Made by a program: the position numbers and the translations under genes. A DNA stretch of 64,000 bases from Anaerolineales bacterium (lineage in GTDB: Bacteria; Chloroflexota; Anaerolineae; Anaerolineales; RBG-16-64-43): the NCBI GenBank assembly GCA_035288225.1, contig DATEAT010000007.1, forward strand, positions 4,828 to 68,827. Direction: 5' to 3'. Under the pieces are notes generated by a model. The model searched no databases and was not told the origin of the DNA. It worked only from the letters and a program-made list of their open reading frames with translations. Positions 19,065 through 29,278 of the stretch are shown here, one piece after another (position 1 is the stretch's first letter; every line of letters starts with the position of its first letter).

Positions 19065-21044
19065 TCAGAATGCCTCCAGCCCACCCTCACGGGATGCGGG
19101 CCGCGTCGTGGGCAGCGCGGGCAGGCCTCGAGCCAGGGCGACATCGATGCGCAGGATGTTTTCGCTAATTGCATTCATACGTTCCAGCGGCGCCTCACCC
19201 GGCTCCGCTACGGCCGCCGGCACACCGCTCTCTTCCGGCTGGGCTTCCTTCTCGAGGATGTAGAAACGCAACTCGCCCAGCTTGCGCTCCAGCGCCTGCC
19301 GTCGCAGGCGCAGGAGACCTCCCAGCACATCATCCGCATCCGCCTCTTCGCCGGCCTGGAAGCGCTCGAGACTCGCGCGGGCAGCGGCCAGCGCCTCAGG
19401 CGCTTCTTGGGCGGCATGCGTTTCGATGAAGATGGCCGGGTCGGTTTCCTCCTGAGAGAGCGAGCGCTGGATGATCTCAAGCAGCCACTGACTCTCGGAG
19501 GTGGTGAGATCCTCTGGCCCGGGCCGCGCCAGCCCCAGTTCACCGAAGATGCGGTTGGCGCGAAACAGCAGCAGCGGTTGGCGCACAAGCGCTCCCAGGC
19601 AGAAGGCCTCGCGGCTGGAGGCCTTGGCCGCCAGCCCCGCAGCCGGTGCGGCGGGCGCCGAGGGTGCCTCGCCGCGGCCGCCGCGCATCGCACTGCGGCG
19701 AGCCGGGCGCCGCCCGGGCGTAGCCTGCAACGACGCCAACTCCACCCGCAGCAATCGCGCCAACTGCTGCCGATAGGCATCCCGCTCCACTGGGTCGGCG
19801 ACGTCTTCAATGAGTGGCAGGATGCGCGCCGCAACCTCCGCCTTGACCTTGGCCTCGTTCAGGTTTCTGCCCTGGGTAATGACTCCCAGCACGTGCTCCA
19901 CGACCGGCCGCGCCTCGGCAATGCGCTGGCGCCAGGCCTCACGGTCTTGCAGGATGAGTTCATCCGGATCGAGCCCGGCAGGCAAAGTCGCCACGCGCAG
20001 GTCGGCTTGCAGCCTTCCTTCGAAACGGACCAATCCGCGCGCATCGAAGACGGGCTCGCCTTCGCGCTCGAGCGTCTCGCGCGCCAGGTCCAGCCCGCGC
20101 AGGGCGGCCGCGTCGCCAGCCGAATCGGCGTCCAGTGCCAGGACAATGCGTCGCGCATGGCGCTTGAGCATGCGCAGCTGGGCTTCGGTGAGGGCCGTGC
20201 CCATCGGCGAGACCACGTTAAGGAAGCCGGCCTGATGCGCAGTCATCACGTCGAGATAGCCCTCGACAATGACCGCCTCCTCTTGGGCGCGGATGGCGCG
20301 CGCGGCGCGATCCAGCCCGTACAACAGGTGGCCCTTATCGAAGATCGGCGACTGGGGTGAATTGAGAAACTTGGGCACGTCGTTGGGGTCGACGATACGT
20401 GCACCGAAACCGCACATCCGCCCGCGGTTATCACGGATGGGGATGGTGATACGGTTGTGGAAGCGGTCGCGCAGCCCGCCACCCTCGGGCGTGACCACCA
20501 CCCCGGCCTGCTGGAGATCGTCGTCGGTGTAGCCCTTGCCGCGAAAATAGGACAGACCGTGGTCGCGCCCGGCCGGGGCCAGCCCAACCTGGAAGGCTTC
20601 CAGGGTCTCGTCTGCGAGACCGCGCCCGTGCAGGTAGTCCCTCACCGTGGCACCGGCGGTGGAAGTAAGCAAGTAGTTGCGGTAGTAGGTGGCGGCCAGT
20701 TCCAAGAGGCCGCGAAGATGCTCGTAGGTTTCCTCCGCCCGCTGCTCATCGGCCGAGCGCGGATGAAGTTCGATGCCGGCGCGGGCCGCAAGCTGGCGCA
20801 GCGCCTCGGGGAAATCCCAGCCCTCTTTCTTCATGACGAACTTGAAGAGGTCGCCGCCCTCGTTGCACGCGCCGAAGCAGCGCCAGGTGCCACTGTCGGG
20901 GAAGACCACAAAGGCCGGGGTGTGAACGTTGGGGTGAAAGGGACAGAAGCCGATGTAGTTCTTGCCGGTGCGCCGCAGTCGGACGCTCTCGCTCACCAGC
21001 TCGACGATGTCGAGGCGTGCCTTGATGTCATCAACGGCGGTCAT
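19065..21044 (-). CDS. dnaG: DNA primase
   Basis: Zinc finger CPFHPNVHTPAFVV..WRCFGAC and Toprim (VIVEGYLDV .. LALDADSAGD). The TGA abuts the rpoD ATG (TGAATG). Start chosen at ATG 21044. Confidence 0.88.
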   Translation of the reverse strand: MTAVDDIKARLDIVELVSESVRLRRTGKNYIGFCPFHPNVHTPAFVVFPDSGTWRCFGACNEGGDLFKFVMKKEGWDFPEALRQLAARAGIELHPRSADEQRAEETYEHLRGLLELAATYYRNYLLTSTAGATVRDYLHGRGLADETLEAFQVGLAPAGRDHGLSYFRGKGYTDDDLQQAGVVVTPEGGGLRDRFHNRITIPIRDNRGRMCGFGARIVDPNDVPKFLNSPQSPIFDKGHLLYGLDRAARAIRAQEEAVIVEGYLDVMTAHQAGFLNVVSPMGTALTEAQLRMLKRHARRIVLALDADSAGDAAALRGLDLARETLEREGEPVFDARGLVRFEGRLQADLRVATLPAGLDPDELILQDREAWRQRIAEARPVVEHVLGVITQGRNLNEAKVKAEVAARILPLIEDVADPVERDAYRQQLARLLRVELASLQATPGRRPARRSAMRGGRGEAPSAPAAPAAGLAAKASSREAFCLGALVRQPLLLFRANRIFGELGLARPGPEDLTTSESQWLLEIIQRSLSQEETDPAIFIETHAAQEAPEALAAARASLERFQAGEEADADDVLGGLLRLRRQALERKLGELRFYILEKEAQPEESGVPAAVAEPGEAPLERMNAISENILRIDVALARGLPALPTTRPASREGGLEAF

Positions 21045-21191
21045 CAGCTCTCTCTTGGGTGATGCCCGAGGGATTATACCCGCATCGCCAGCCGTATCGT
21101 GCACACCAGCGAATTCCATCTGCGCACGGAATGCCAGCGGCGGCGCGCGAGGCGCCGCCGCTGGCATTGCTGCTCCACAGCCGAGGCATCT

Positions 21192-21872
21192 TCAGGGAAC
21201 AAAGATGCTTCCGCGCAGTGGCTTGTCGCCACGCTCGCCCACTCCGAATTTGCTGCCATCCGGCGCCTGCAGCATCCAGTAGCTGGTATGGGTCCCGCCC
21301 TCGTAGGGAGCGATCATGATCGCGCCGATAAACATGTGATCGCCGGGCGGTACCTCTTTAGGGAAGGCCACCCAGTTGGCGCCGCTCATGTGCTCGCCGC
21401 CGAAGAAGATCAGGCGGTAGTCCCGAGTCCAGGTGCAGGTGCCGATGTTGCGCACGTCCCACACTTTCTTAAAAGTTTCCGCCACACCCACCGGCGCACC
21501 ATCGCCCAGACCCACATAGCCGACGAAGTAGGCCGCGTTGCAGAGTTGCTCGAGCGGTGCGGCAGGGTTCGTTCCCGGCGTGCCGTAGGGTGCCCGCGTC
21601 AGCGAATAGGTGGCGGAACCCTGCGGCGTTTCGCTGGGTGCAGTCGCCGAGGCCGACGGCTCGCTCACCCCGGGCGTCATCCCCGCAAGCGCAGTGGGCA
21701 GCGCGGCCGGCGTGCCTGCCTCCGAGCGCGTCGGTGCCGCCGCGGGTGGAGGCGTGGCCTGCGAAGCCGGCGCGCGCTGCAGTACGCCGGCCAAGTTGCA
21801 TGCCAGCAGCGCGGCCGCGGCCACGGTCAATGGGAGGAGAATGCGAGTTCGATGATGGAATGGCATCGGCAT
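21192..21872 (-). CDS. Secreted protein with NBR1-type Ig-like (N_BRCA1_IG-like) domain, paralog 1
   Basis: Signal peptide plus Ala/Pro-rich linker plus FVGYVGLGDGAPV..TFKKVWDVRNIGTCTW..YRLIFFGGEHM..YWMLQAPDGSKFG. Confidence 0.6.
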   Translation of the reverse strand: MPMPFHHRTRILLPLTVAAAALLACNLAGVLQRAPASQATPPPAAAPTRSEAGTPAALPTALAGMTPGVSEPSASATAPSETPQGSATYSLTRAPYGTPGTNPAAPLEQLCNAAYFVGYVGLGDGAPVGVAETFKKVWDVRNIGTCTWTRDYRLIFFGGEHMSGANWVAFPKEVPPGDHMFIGAIMIAPYEGGTHTSYWMLQAPDGSKFGVGERGDKPLRGSIFVP

Positions 21873-22257
21873 GAGCCTCGACGCAGCACAAAGTGTGTGT
21901 GCGATTATACCCAGCCGCGAGCGACTTCCCGGCGCCGGTTCAGCGCGGCTCGTCTGATCCGCGGGCAGGTTGCCTCCTCCATCGTGATCGGCAGGGCTTA
22001 ATCGGGATATCGCACACGCGTTGCACCCTCATGCGCTACGCCACGGTATTCGCTGTGGAATGGATCATCGCATTCCATGGCCCGCCTCGCACGTCTTCCA
22101 CCCACACCGCGCGCTCTCGCCTTCGGCAGCTATTCGAATGTGCGCCAGACGTGCCGGGGTCTCCTCTGCCGCACGCCACGAGGCCCCTTCGCGGACCATC
22201 AGGCAAGGCATGACCGCACCGCACGCTCGCAGCGGTCATGCCCCGCCGCCCCTCCTC

Positions 22258-22294
22258 CAAAAGAAATCCCTCCCGCGGTGGTCATCGGGAGGGA
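22258..22294 (-). terminator. Rho-independent terminator of NBR1-like paralog 2
   Basis: Stem TCCCTCCCG / CGGGAGGGA (22267-22275 / 22286-22294), followed on the minus strand by TTTCTTTTGG. Confidence 0.6.
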
Positions 22295-22322
22295 TGGAAA
22301 GGCAAAGGCTGTGCGCCGTGGC

Positions 22323-22994
22323 TCAGGGGACCACGATCTTCACCGTGAGCGGCGTGAGGCCGTTATCGCCCACGCCGAACTTGCTGCCGTCGGGCGCCTG
22401 CAACATCCAGTAGCCGATGTAGGTGCCCGACTTGGCCGGGGTGATCATCGTCACTGAGAGGAACAGATGGTCGCCGGGTTCGACGATCTCCGGGAAGCGC
22501 GCGGAGTTCGGGCCGTCCATGTGTTTGCCGCCGTTAAAGACCAGGCGGTACTCGCGGCTCCAGGTGCAGGTGCCGATGTTGCGCACGTCCCACGTCTTGC
22601 GGAAGGTTTCGCCGGCGGGGAGCAGCGCGCCGTCCTTGAGCCCGATATCGCCGACGAAGAAGGCTGCGTTGCAGAATGTGGTCAGGGTCGGGTGCACACC
22701 GGGCGTGCCGTAGAAGGCCGGGGTGAAGATGAGCGAGGCCGTGGCACTCGGCAGCAGCGGCACGAGCAGGGTGGCGGTGGGCGGCGGAAGGGTTGCGGTG
22801 GGCAGCGGCAGCGCCACGGTTGCAGTGGAGGTGGCGGCCAGCGACACCTGGGTGAGCATGGCCTGAACTGTTTGCGCAGCCTGAGTGGCCAGCGGCACCT
22901 CGGTGACAGCAGGCGCGCCCGTGCTGCAGCCGGCCAGCACGAGCGACGCAGCCAGCACAGTCAACGCCAGGGTGCGCAAGGTGTGGGATGTCAT
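22323..22994 (-). CDS. Lipoprotein with NBR1-type Ig-like domain, paralog 2
   Basis: ATG 22994 after GGAGGA. Lipobox LAGC. The C-terminal domain is collinear with paralog 1 (FVGDIGLKDGALL..TFRKTWDVRNIGTCTW..YWMLQAPDGSKFG). Confidence 0.6.
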   Translation of the reverse strand: MTSHTLRTLALTVLAASLVLAGCSTGAPAVTEVPLATQAAQTVQAMLTQVSLAATSTATVALPLPTATLPPPTATLLVPLLPSATASLIFTPAFYGTPGVHPTLTTFCNAAFFVGDIGLKDGALLPAGETFRKTWDVRNIGTCTWSREYRLVFNGGKHMDGPNSARFPEIVEPGDHLFLSVTMITPAKSGTYIGYWMLQAPDGSKFGVGDNGLTPLTVKIVVP

Positions 22995-23045
22995 TGGGTC
23001 CTCCTCGTGCCAGGGTGTGCGGCGCATGGGCCGTTGCGGCCCGCC

Positions 23046-25550
23046 TCACGCCGCACCGAGCGCCTCCGGCTCGCCCTCCTGTTGCGGCGAGGGCTCACTC
23101 TCGGCCGCCTGAGGCTCGATCATCAGTTTGTCGTCGCGCAGCGCGATGGTCACCGTCTGATCGTCGTGGATGCGGCCTTCGAGCATGGCCTCCGAGAGCA
23201 TATCCTCCACTTCGGTCTGGATGACGCGCCGCAGCGGGCGGGCGCCCATCTCCGGGTTGTAGCCCAGATCCGCCAGACGTGCCTGGGCCTCGGGCGTCGC
23301 GCTCAAGGTGATGTGATGCTCCACCAGGCGCTGTGCCACTTTGGCGATCTCCAGGTTGACGATCTGGGTGATGTCGTCCTTGTTCAGCGCGCGGAACACG
23401 ATCACCGCATCGACCCGGTTGAGGAACTCGGGGCGGAAGGCGCGGCGCAGCTCCTCGAGCAGCTTCTTGCGCATCTCGTCGTAGGGTGCCACCTCGCCGC
23501 GGGTCTCATCGCGCTGGATGGCAAAGCCCAGCCCGGCCTGGCGGCGGATGGTCTCGGCGCCCACGTTGGAGGTCATGACGATCATCGCGTTCTGGAAGTT
23601 GACCTTGTGGCCGCGTGCATCCGAGAGGTGCCCCTCTTCCATGATCTGCAGGAGCATGTTGTGCGCCTCGGGGTGCGCCTTCTCGATCTCGTCGAAGACG
23701 ATGATCGAATACGGCCTCCGGCGCAGGGCTTCGGTGAGCTGCCCAGCATCGTCGTAGCCCACGTAGCCCGGGGGCGCGCCGACCAGGCGGCTCACCGTGT
23801 GGCGCTCCATGAACTCCGACATGTCGAGCTGCACCAGCGCGTCTTCCGAACCGAACATGAAGGCGGCCAGGGCCTTGGTGAGTTCGGTCTTGCCTACGCC
23901 GGTCGGCCCGAGGAAGATGAACGAGCCGATCGGGCGGCGCGGGTCCTTGAGCCCGGCGCGCGCCCGGCGTACAGCCTTGGAGATAGCCAGGATGGCTTCA
24001 TCCTGCCCAATGATGCGGCCGCGCAGCGTTTCTTCCATCTTCATCAGGCGTGCCGACTCGGCTTCCGCGAGCTGCATCACCGGGATGCCGGTCCACATCG
24101 AGACCACTTCGGCGATATCTTCGGGCACCACGCGCGGGCCCTTATCGCGGTCGGCCATGACCACCTGCAGTTCCTGTCGAGAACGCTCTAGCTCGTTCTC
24201 CCGGTCCTGGATTTCCTCGGCGGCCTCGTAACGTCCTTCTTCGGCGGCTGTGGCACGTTCGGCCCGCAGGCGGCGCAGCTCGCCCATGATCTCCTTCAGG
24301 CGTTTGGCCTCCGGGCTCTTGTACATGCGCACGCGCGAAGCCGTTTCGTCAATCAGGTCGATAGCCTTATCCGGCAGGAAGCGATCGGGCACGTAGCGCC
24401 CGGAGAGGCGGGCGGCGGCTTCGAGCGCCTCGTCCGTGATCCGCAGGCGGTGGTGGTCCTCGTAATTGCGGCGCACGCCGCGCAGGATCTGGATCGATTC
24501 CTCCACCGAGGGCTCCTCGACCATCACCGGCTGGAAGCGGCGCTCGAGGGCCGCATCGCTCTCGATGTGCTTGCGGTATTCGGTGAGGGTGGTCGCGCCG
24601 ATCACCTGCAGCTCGCCGCGCGAGAGGGCCGGCTTGAGAATGTTGGCCGCATCCACCGACGAGCCGGCTGCGCCGGCGCCCACCAGCATGTGGACCTCAT
24701 CGATGAAGAGGATTGCGCCCGAGGCTTTCAGCTCGTCGATGACGCGCTTCAGGCGTTCCTCGAATTGGCCGCGGTACATGGTGCCGGCCACCAGCGAACC
24801 CACGTCGAGCTGCAAGAGGCGCTTGCCCATGAGCGGCGCGGGCACATCGTTGGTGACAATGCGCTGTGCCAGGCCTTCCACGATGGCCGTCTTGCCCACC
24901 CCGGGCTCGCCGATGAGGGCCGGGTTGTTCTTGGTGCGGCGGGCGAGGATCTGAATGACCCGTTCGATTTCGGTTTCGCGTCCGACGACCGGGTCGAGCT
25001 TGTTCTCCTCAGCCAGCGTGGTCAGGTCGGTGGCCAGTTGATCGACGAGGGGTGTCTTGGCTTTGTCGGCCTTGGCGCCGGCCGCGGCCGGCTGGCGTGC
25101 CTGGGCCGGGGCTTCCTGCAGCAGGCGGCGCGTCTGGCGGCGAACCTGTTCCGGGCTGACGCCCAGGCGGCGCAGCACGTCGATGGCCACGCCCTCCGGC
25201 TGGCGCACAATGCCCAGCAACAGGTGTTCGGTGCCGATGTAGTGATGGCCGAGGCGGCGCGCCTCGTCGATGGCCAGTTGCAGCACCTGTTCGGTATCGG
25301 GCGAGAGATCGATGCGTTCGGGGGTCGTGCGGCCCGGCGCGGATTGGCGCTCGACCATTTCCTGGACGCGCTCGGGCTCCAACCCCAGCTCGCGCAGCAC
25401 GCGTCCGGCCACACCGCCTTCCTCGCGGATGAGGCCGAGCAACAGGTGCTCGGTGCCGATGGTCGGGTGATGCAATCGCTCAGCCTCTTGATGGGCCAGG
25501 CTGAGCACACGTCGTGCGCGCTGAGTAAAGCGTTCTAAGTTGTCGGCCAC
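23046..25550 (-). CDS. clpC: ATP-dependent Clp protease ATP-binding subunit ClpC-type (class I AAA+)
   Basis: Double Clp_N repeat, two Walker A sites ([16 protein letters not shown]), and a short UVR-like middle domain ([16 protein letters not shown]). GTG start after GGAGAGGAAGG. Confidence 0.88.
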   Translation of the reverse strand: MADNLERFTQRARRVLSLAHQEAERLHHPTIGTEHLLLGLIREEGGVAGRVLRELGLEPERVQEMVERQSAPGRTTPERIDLSPDTEQVLQLAIDEARRLGHHYIGTEHLLLGIVRQPEGVAIDVLRRLGVSPEQVRRQTRRLLQEAPAQARQPAAAGAKADKAKTPLVDQLATDLTTLAEENKLDPVVGRETEIERVIQILARRTKNNPALIGEPGVGKTAIVEGLAQRIVTNDVPAPLMGKRLLQLDVGSLVAGTMYRGQFEERLKRVIDELKASGAILFIDEVHMLVGAGAAGSSVDAANILKPALSRGELQVIGATTLTEYRKHIESDAALERRFQPVMVEEPSVEESIQILRGVRRNYEDHHRLRITDEALEAAARLSGRYVPDRFLPDKAIDLIDETASRVRMYKSPEAKRLKEIMGELRRLRAERATAAEEGRYEAAEEIQDRENELERSRQELQVVMADRDKGPRVVPEDIAEVVSMWTGIPVMQLAEAESARLMKMEETLRGRIIGQDEAILAISKAVRRARAGLKDPRRPIGSFIFLGPTGVGKTELTKALAAFMFGSEDALVQLDMSEFMERHTVSRLVGAPPGYVGYDDAGQLTEALRRRPYSIIVFDEIEKAHPEAHNMLLQIMEEGHLSDARGHKVNFQNAMIVMTSNVGAETIRRQAGLGFAIQRDETRGEVAPYDEMRKKLLEELRRAFRPEFLNRVDAVIVFRALNKDDITQIVNLEIAKVAQRLVEHHITLSATPEAQARLADLGYNPEMGARPLRRVIQTEVEDMLSEAMLEGRIHDDQTVTIALRDDKLMIEPQAAESEPSPQQEGEPEALGAA

Positions 25551-25801
25551 GCGGGCCTTCCTCTCCTGGATTCAGGCTCCACAGCCCGAATCGTATACCT
25601 CGCCAGGGATTCTACCAAATCCGCCTAGGGCAATCCAGAAAGGCGGGCGATTCCCCGGGGGGACAGTATCGGGTCACGGGCCGAAGGGGACCTTTGTCGG
25701 GTGCGTCGCAGCCGGATTCTCCATACAATCAGAGCGGTCCAGGCACTTGGTGCCCGAGTTGGCATCCGTGCCGTTTTGTGCACGAATTGCAGGAGGGGGA
25801 T

Positions 25802-26236
25802 GTGGCCGAAGCCATTCTGACCCGATGCGGCTATCGCTGCGACCTCTGCCTGGCGTATGCCCCCAATATTGCGCACACTCCCTCGAACCAACAGAAACTG
25901 AGCGACGGCTGGCACGCGTACTTCGGTTTCCGCATTCTCCCGGACGAAATTCACTGCGACGGCTGCCTGAACGAGAATTCGCGGCTGATCGATACGGCTT
26001 GTCCGGTGCGCCCATGTGTCATCGAGAGAGGGCTTGAGAACTGCGCCCAATGCGCCGAGTATGTCTGCGCGCGCCTGAGCCAGCGGCTCGTCTCGTACGA
26101 CCAGCTTCTGGAGAAGACCGGCCGGCCGGTCCCGAACGACGATTACGAGTGTTTCATTCGCCCGTATGAGAACAAGCGACGCCTCGCCGCCCTGAGGGCG
26201 GCGGCGCCCGCGGGTGCACGCCGGCAACGGGAGTGA
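25802..26236 (+). CDS. Cys-rich DUF3795-like protein
   Basis: CGYRCDLC..CDGC..CPVRPC..CAQCAEYVC pattern. GTG 25802 lies 6 nt after AGGAGG. The ORF-track N-terminal extension was rejected. Confidence 0.45.
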   Translation: MAEAILTRCGYRCDLCLAYAPNIAHTPSNQQKLSDGWHAYFGFRILPDEIHCDGCLNENSRLIDTACPVRPCVIERGLENCAQCAEYVCARLSQRLVSYDQLLEKTGRPVPNDDYECFIRPYENKRRLAALRAAAPAGARRQRE

Positions 26237-26379
26237 CCTCCTTGCGCCCTGCGGCCAGGGACATTCGGGGCGGCCCGCCTGGCGGCCGCCGCGGCCAGTG
26301 TCCGCGCGTTGGCGCAGCGCGGGCCACTGCCTGCCGAAGGCATTCGAACTACAGGCTCCATCATACGGGAGGGGGGCCG

Positions 26380-29121
26380 ATGAAACATGGAACCCGCCTG
26401 CTGCCCGTCGGCGTTCTATTGATCTCCAGTCTCCTTCTCTTCACGTCTCGCGACCTCCCTGCGGCTGGTGCCGCGCCCGACCTGCTTGACTTGGAGGAGG
26501 TCTGGACGACAGGACTCGTCTATTGGGCGGCACCGGGTCAAATCGAAATCGGAGATTTCGATTTGGATGGCGCGACCGACATGGTCACATGCGCCCACGA
26601 CCAGATCCTCGTACTCAACCACACGTCGCTCGACACCTACGAACCCGTCTGGTACAGCCGACCGACGAAGTGCAGTCGGGTCGCAGCCGGAAATCGCGAC
26701 GGCACAGGAGTCGGCGAGTTTTACGTCGCAACCACCGACGGCCACGTCCAGGTCGTCGACGCAGACACGCACGCCACGCTTGGAACGATCAGCCTGCCCT
26801 ACGGGGCGGCGCCCGCCGACCTCTTGGTGGCCGACGCCGACGGTGACACCATACCCGAAGTAATCGTGACGCGAGCCGAAGACACGCTTTTCTACGACGC
26901 GGTGTCACTGGCGCTGGAGTGGCAAGCCTCCGGGCTCGGCGGGAACCTCCTGGTTGTCGCCAATATCGACGGTGACCCTGACCCCGAAACCCTCGTCAAC
27001 GGCAACCCGGCCCACATCCTCAACGCCTCGCTTCAGGTTCAAGAATGGGAACGGGCCGGTGGCTTTGGGCCGCACCTGGCCGCCGGCGACGTGGATGGCG
27101 ACGCGATGGCGGAGATCGCCTTCCTGGTGAATTGGGACTACGACATCGTCGTCTATGACGCCGATGTCCAGGCCATCAAGTGGCAACGACACGAAACCTC
27201 CAGGGCCACCGAAGTGCTGGTGACCGATCTCCAACACGATGGGCTGGCAGACGTCATTGCGGGGCCAATTGGCCTTGACGGGGCGCGTGGCTACAACGGC
27301 CAGGACGGGACACCCTTGTGGGCAATCCACAACTCCACTCATGGCCTGGCGGGGTTGACCTTCGGCGATGTGGACGACGACGGCACCATCGAAATCGTGT
27401 GGGGTTCCAGCTCATCGGCACACGCCATGGTCGTGGGCGATTGGCAGGCCCAAGCTGTCGAGTGGGTCAGCCCTGAGTGGGAGGAATACACGGCGGTCGA
27501 GGTAGGAGATGTCGATCTGGATGGCTCGGAGGAGATCGTCTCCGCGACCCGGTCCCGCGGCATCACCGTCTACGACGGCCAGACCCACCAGGTCGAGTGG
27601 ACGACCTCGTCGTCGGGACTCGGTGCCTATCTGGAATCCATGGAGTTGGGGGAATTCGATGGCGACCCCGAGCTCGAAGTCCTTGCTGCATTTGGAAGCG
27701 ACCCAACCCTGCGCACCTACGATGGCCTCACCGGCGCGCTGGAATGGCAGGGCCCCGATCTGGGCTCCGGCGGGACGCTTGGCCTGGAGGTTGCCAATCT
27801 CGACGGCGACCCGGCACAGGAAATAGTGCTGGGCCTTTCCAGCGGGTCACATATCATCGTGCTCAACGGAGCCACGCCCTTCATCCAGTGGGATAGTGGG
27901 TTATTGGATGGCGGCATCGAAGACTTCGACGTGGGCGAGCTTGATGGCGACGGTGTTCTGGAGCTTGCCGTTCTCACCAACTTGGCCGTCCACGTCTTTG
28001 AGACGGCGACCTGGCAGGAAAGGCTGGACCAGCCGGTTGCGTCCGGGCGGGAAGTGGCCATCGCCGGCGATGCTTCGGGCGGCCCGGGCCAGTTGCTGGT
28101 GGCCCGTTGGACCTCTCCCTCCAGCTACATCGTCGAGTCGTGGAGAGGAGACAATTTTGCCAAAGCCTGGGACCGCCCGCTGGCGATCGCCGCTCTGGAT
28201 GACATCCTTACCGCCGATCTGGATGGCGACGACATGCAGGAATTCCTGCTCAATGGGACCCTGGCCTGGGGCCCGCCGAAAACCCCTCTACTGTGGATCG
28301 GCGGGCAAGTGCTTCCTCCACTCTGGAACTACAAGATGGCGGACGTCTGGGGATCTATCACGAGCACGACCGTTTCGGACGTTGATAGTGACGGTTCGCA
28401 GGAGGTGGTCTGGACCAGCGCCACGACGCTGCAGGTGATGGACGCGGTCAGTCACCCGCTGCAGCGCGTATATCTGCCCCTGGCCGTGAATGCAGAGAGC
28501 GAAGTATGGACCACGATCTTCGAGGAAGGATTCGAGGGAACTTTCCCCGGTGCATGGTTGGTATTCGACAACTATCCGCAGAACGGGATCCACTATTGGG
28601 GGAAGCGCAACTGCCGGGCGTTCTCCGGGACCTACAGCGGGTGGAGTATCGGCGCGGGCTCCCAGGGCGGGAGCCTTCCGTGCGGTGCCGAATATACGAA
28701 CAATGCCGAGTCGTGGATGATGCGCGGCCCGATGAGCCTGGCCGATGCCACAGCCGCGGAACTGAGATTCAAGATGTGGCTCAATAGCGAGCCCAATGAC
28801 GGCCTGTGCCGTATGGCCTCCATCGATGGGTACAACTTCTATGGATACTGCACCTCTGGCGTGACCTCGGGATGGGTGGATCAGGTGCTTGATCTGGAAG
28901 ATGTGTACACGCTTGGAGATTTGACGGGGGAGCCGAAGGTCTGGGTCGCGCTGATCTTCATCAGCGACGGAGCCATCTACTACCAGGAGGGGGCCCACGT
29001 GGACGACATCCTGATGCGCAAGTGCGTGTGGTCGCGCTGCACGCTCTCGCTCGACGGCGAGGCGCAACCCGGCCCGCTCGATCTCCGCGAGTGGGGCACC
29101 GAGATGATGGTTCCGGAATGA
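26380..29121 (+). CDS. Secreted FG-GAP/VCBS-type repeat protein (14 DxDxDG-type blades) with C-terminal beta-sandwich domain
   Basis: ATG 26380 after GGGAGGGGGG. Signal peptide. I counted 14 repeats such as GDFDLDGATD, ADADGDTIPE and ANIDGDPDPE. The C-terminal about 200 aa starts with FEEGFEGTFPGAW. Confidence 0.7.
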   Translation: MKHGTRLLPVGVLLISSLLLFTSRDLPAAGAAPDLLDLEEVWTTGLVYWAAPGQIEIGDFDLDGATDMVTCAHDQILVLNHTSLDTYEPVWYSRPTKCSRVAAGNRDGTGVGEFYVATTDGHVQVVDADTHATLGTISLPYGAAPADLLVADADGDTIPEVIVTRAEDTLFYDAVSLALEWQASGLGGNLLVVANIDGDPDPETLVNGNPAHILNASLQVQEWERAGGFGPHLAAGDVDGDAMAEIAFLVNWDYDIVVYDADVQAIKWQRHETSRATEVLVTDLQHDGLADVIAGPIGLDGARGYNGQDGTPLWAIHNSTHGLAGLTFGDVDDDGTIEIVWGSSSSAHAMVVGDWQAQAVEWVSPEWEEYTAVEVGDVDLDGSEEIVSATRSRGITVYDGQTHQVEWTTSSSGLGAYLESMELGEFDGDPELEVLAAFGSDPTLRTYDGLTGALEWQGPDLGSGGTLGLEVANLDGDPAQEIVLGLSSGSHIIVLNGATPFIQWDSGLLDGGIEDFDVGELDGDGVLELAVLTNLAVHVFETATWQERLDQPVASGREVAIAGDASGGPGQLLVARWTSPSSYIVESWRGDNFAKAWDRPLAIAALDDILTADLDGDDMQEFLLNGTLAWGPPKTPLLWIGGQVLPPLWNYKMADVWGSITSTTVSDVDSDGSQEVVWTSATTLQVMDAVSHPLQRVYLPLAVNAESEVWTTIFEEGFEGTFPGAWLVFDNYPQNGIHYWGKRNCRAFSGTYSGWSIGAGSQGGSLPCGAEYTNNAESWMMRGPMSLADATAAELRFKMWLNSEPNDGLCRMASIDGYNFYGYCTSGVTSGWVDQVLDLEDVYTLGDLTGEPKVWVALIFISDGAIYYQEGAHVDDILMRKCVWSRCTLSLDGEAQPGPLDLREWGTEMMVPE

Positions 29122-29278
29122 GTATTCATGCGGGTCGTAGCCTGCGTCCTTTCAATCGAAAGAGGATAGCCCGCAGGCGCATGCCACTCTACATCGAGTC
29201 GGCAACGTACGCCGGCCTGGCTCGCCATGGCCAGTAGGCGCTCATGATGCGTTTGGGGCGGACTGGCAAGGGGGGTGA

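Noticed and set aside
25551-25801. CtsR- or HrcA-type operator upstream of clpC.
   Set aside because: I found no GGTCAAA direct repeat and no CIRCE-like TTAGCACTC-N9-GAGTGCTAA palindrome in the 250-nt upstream region.
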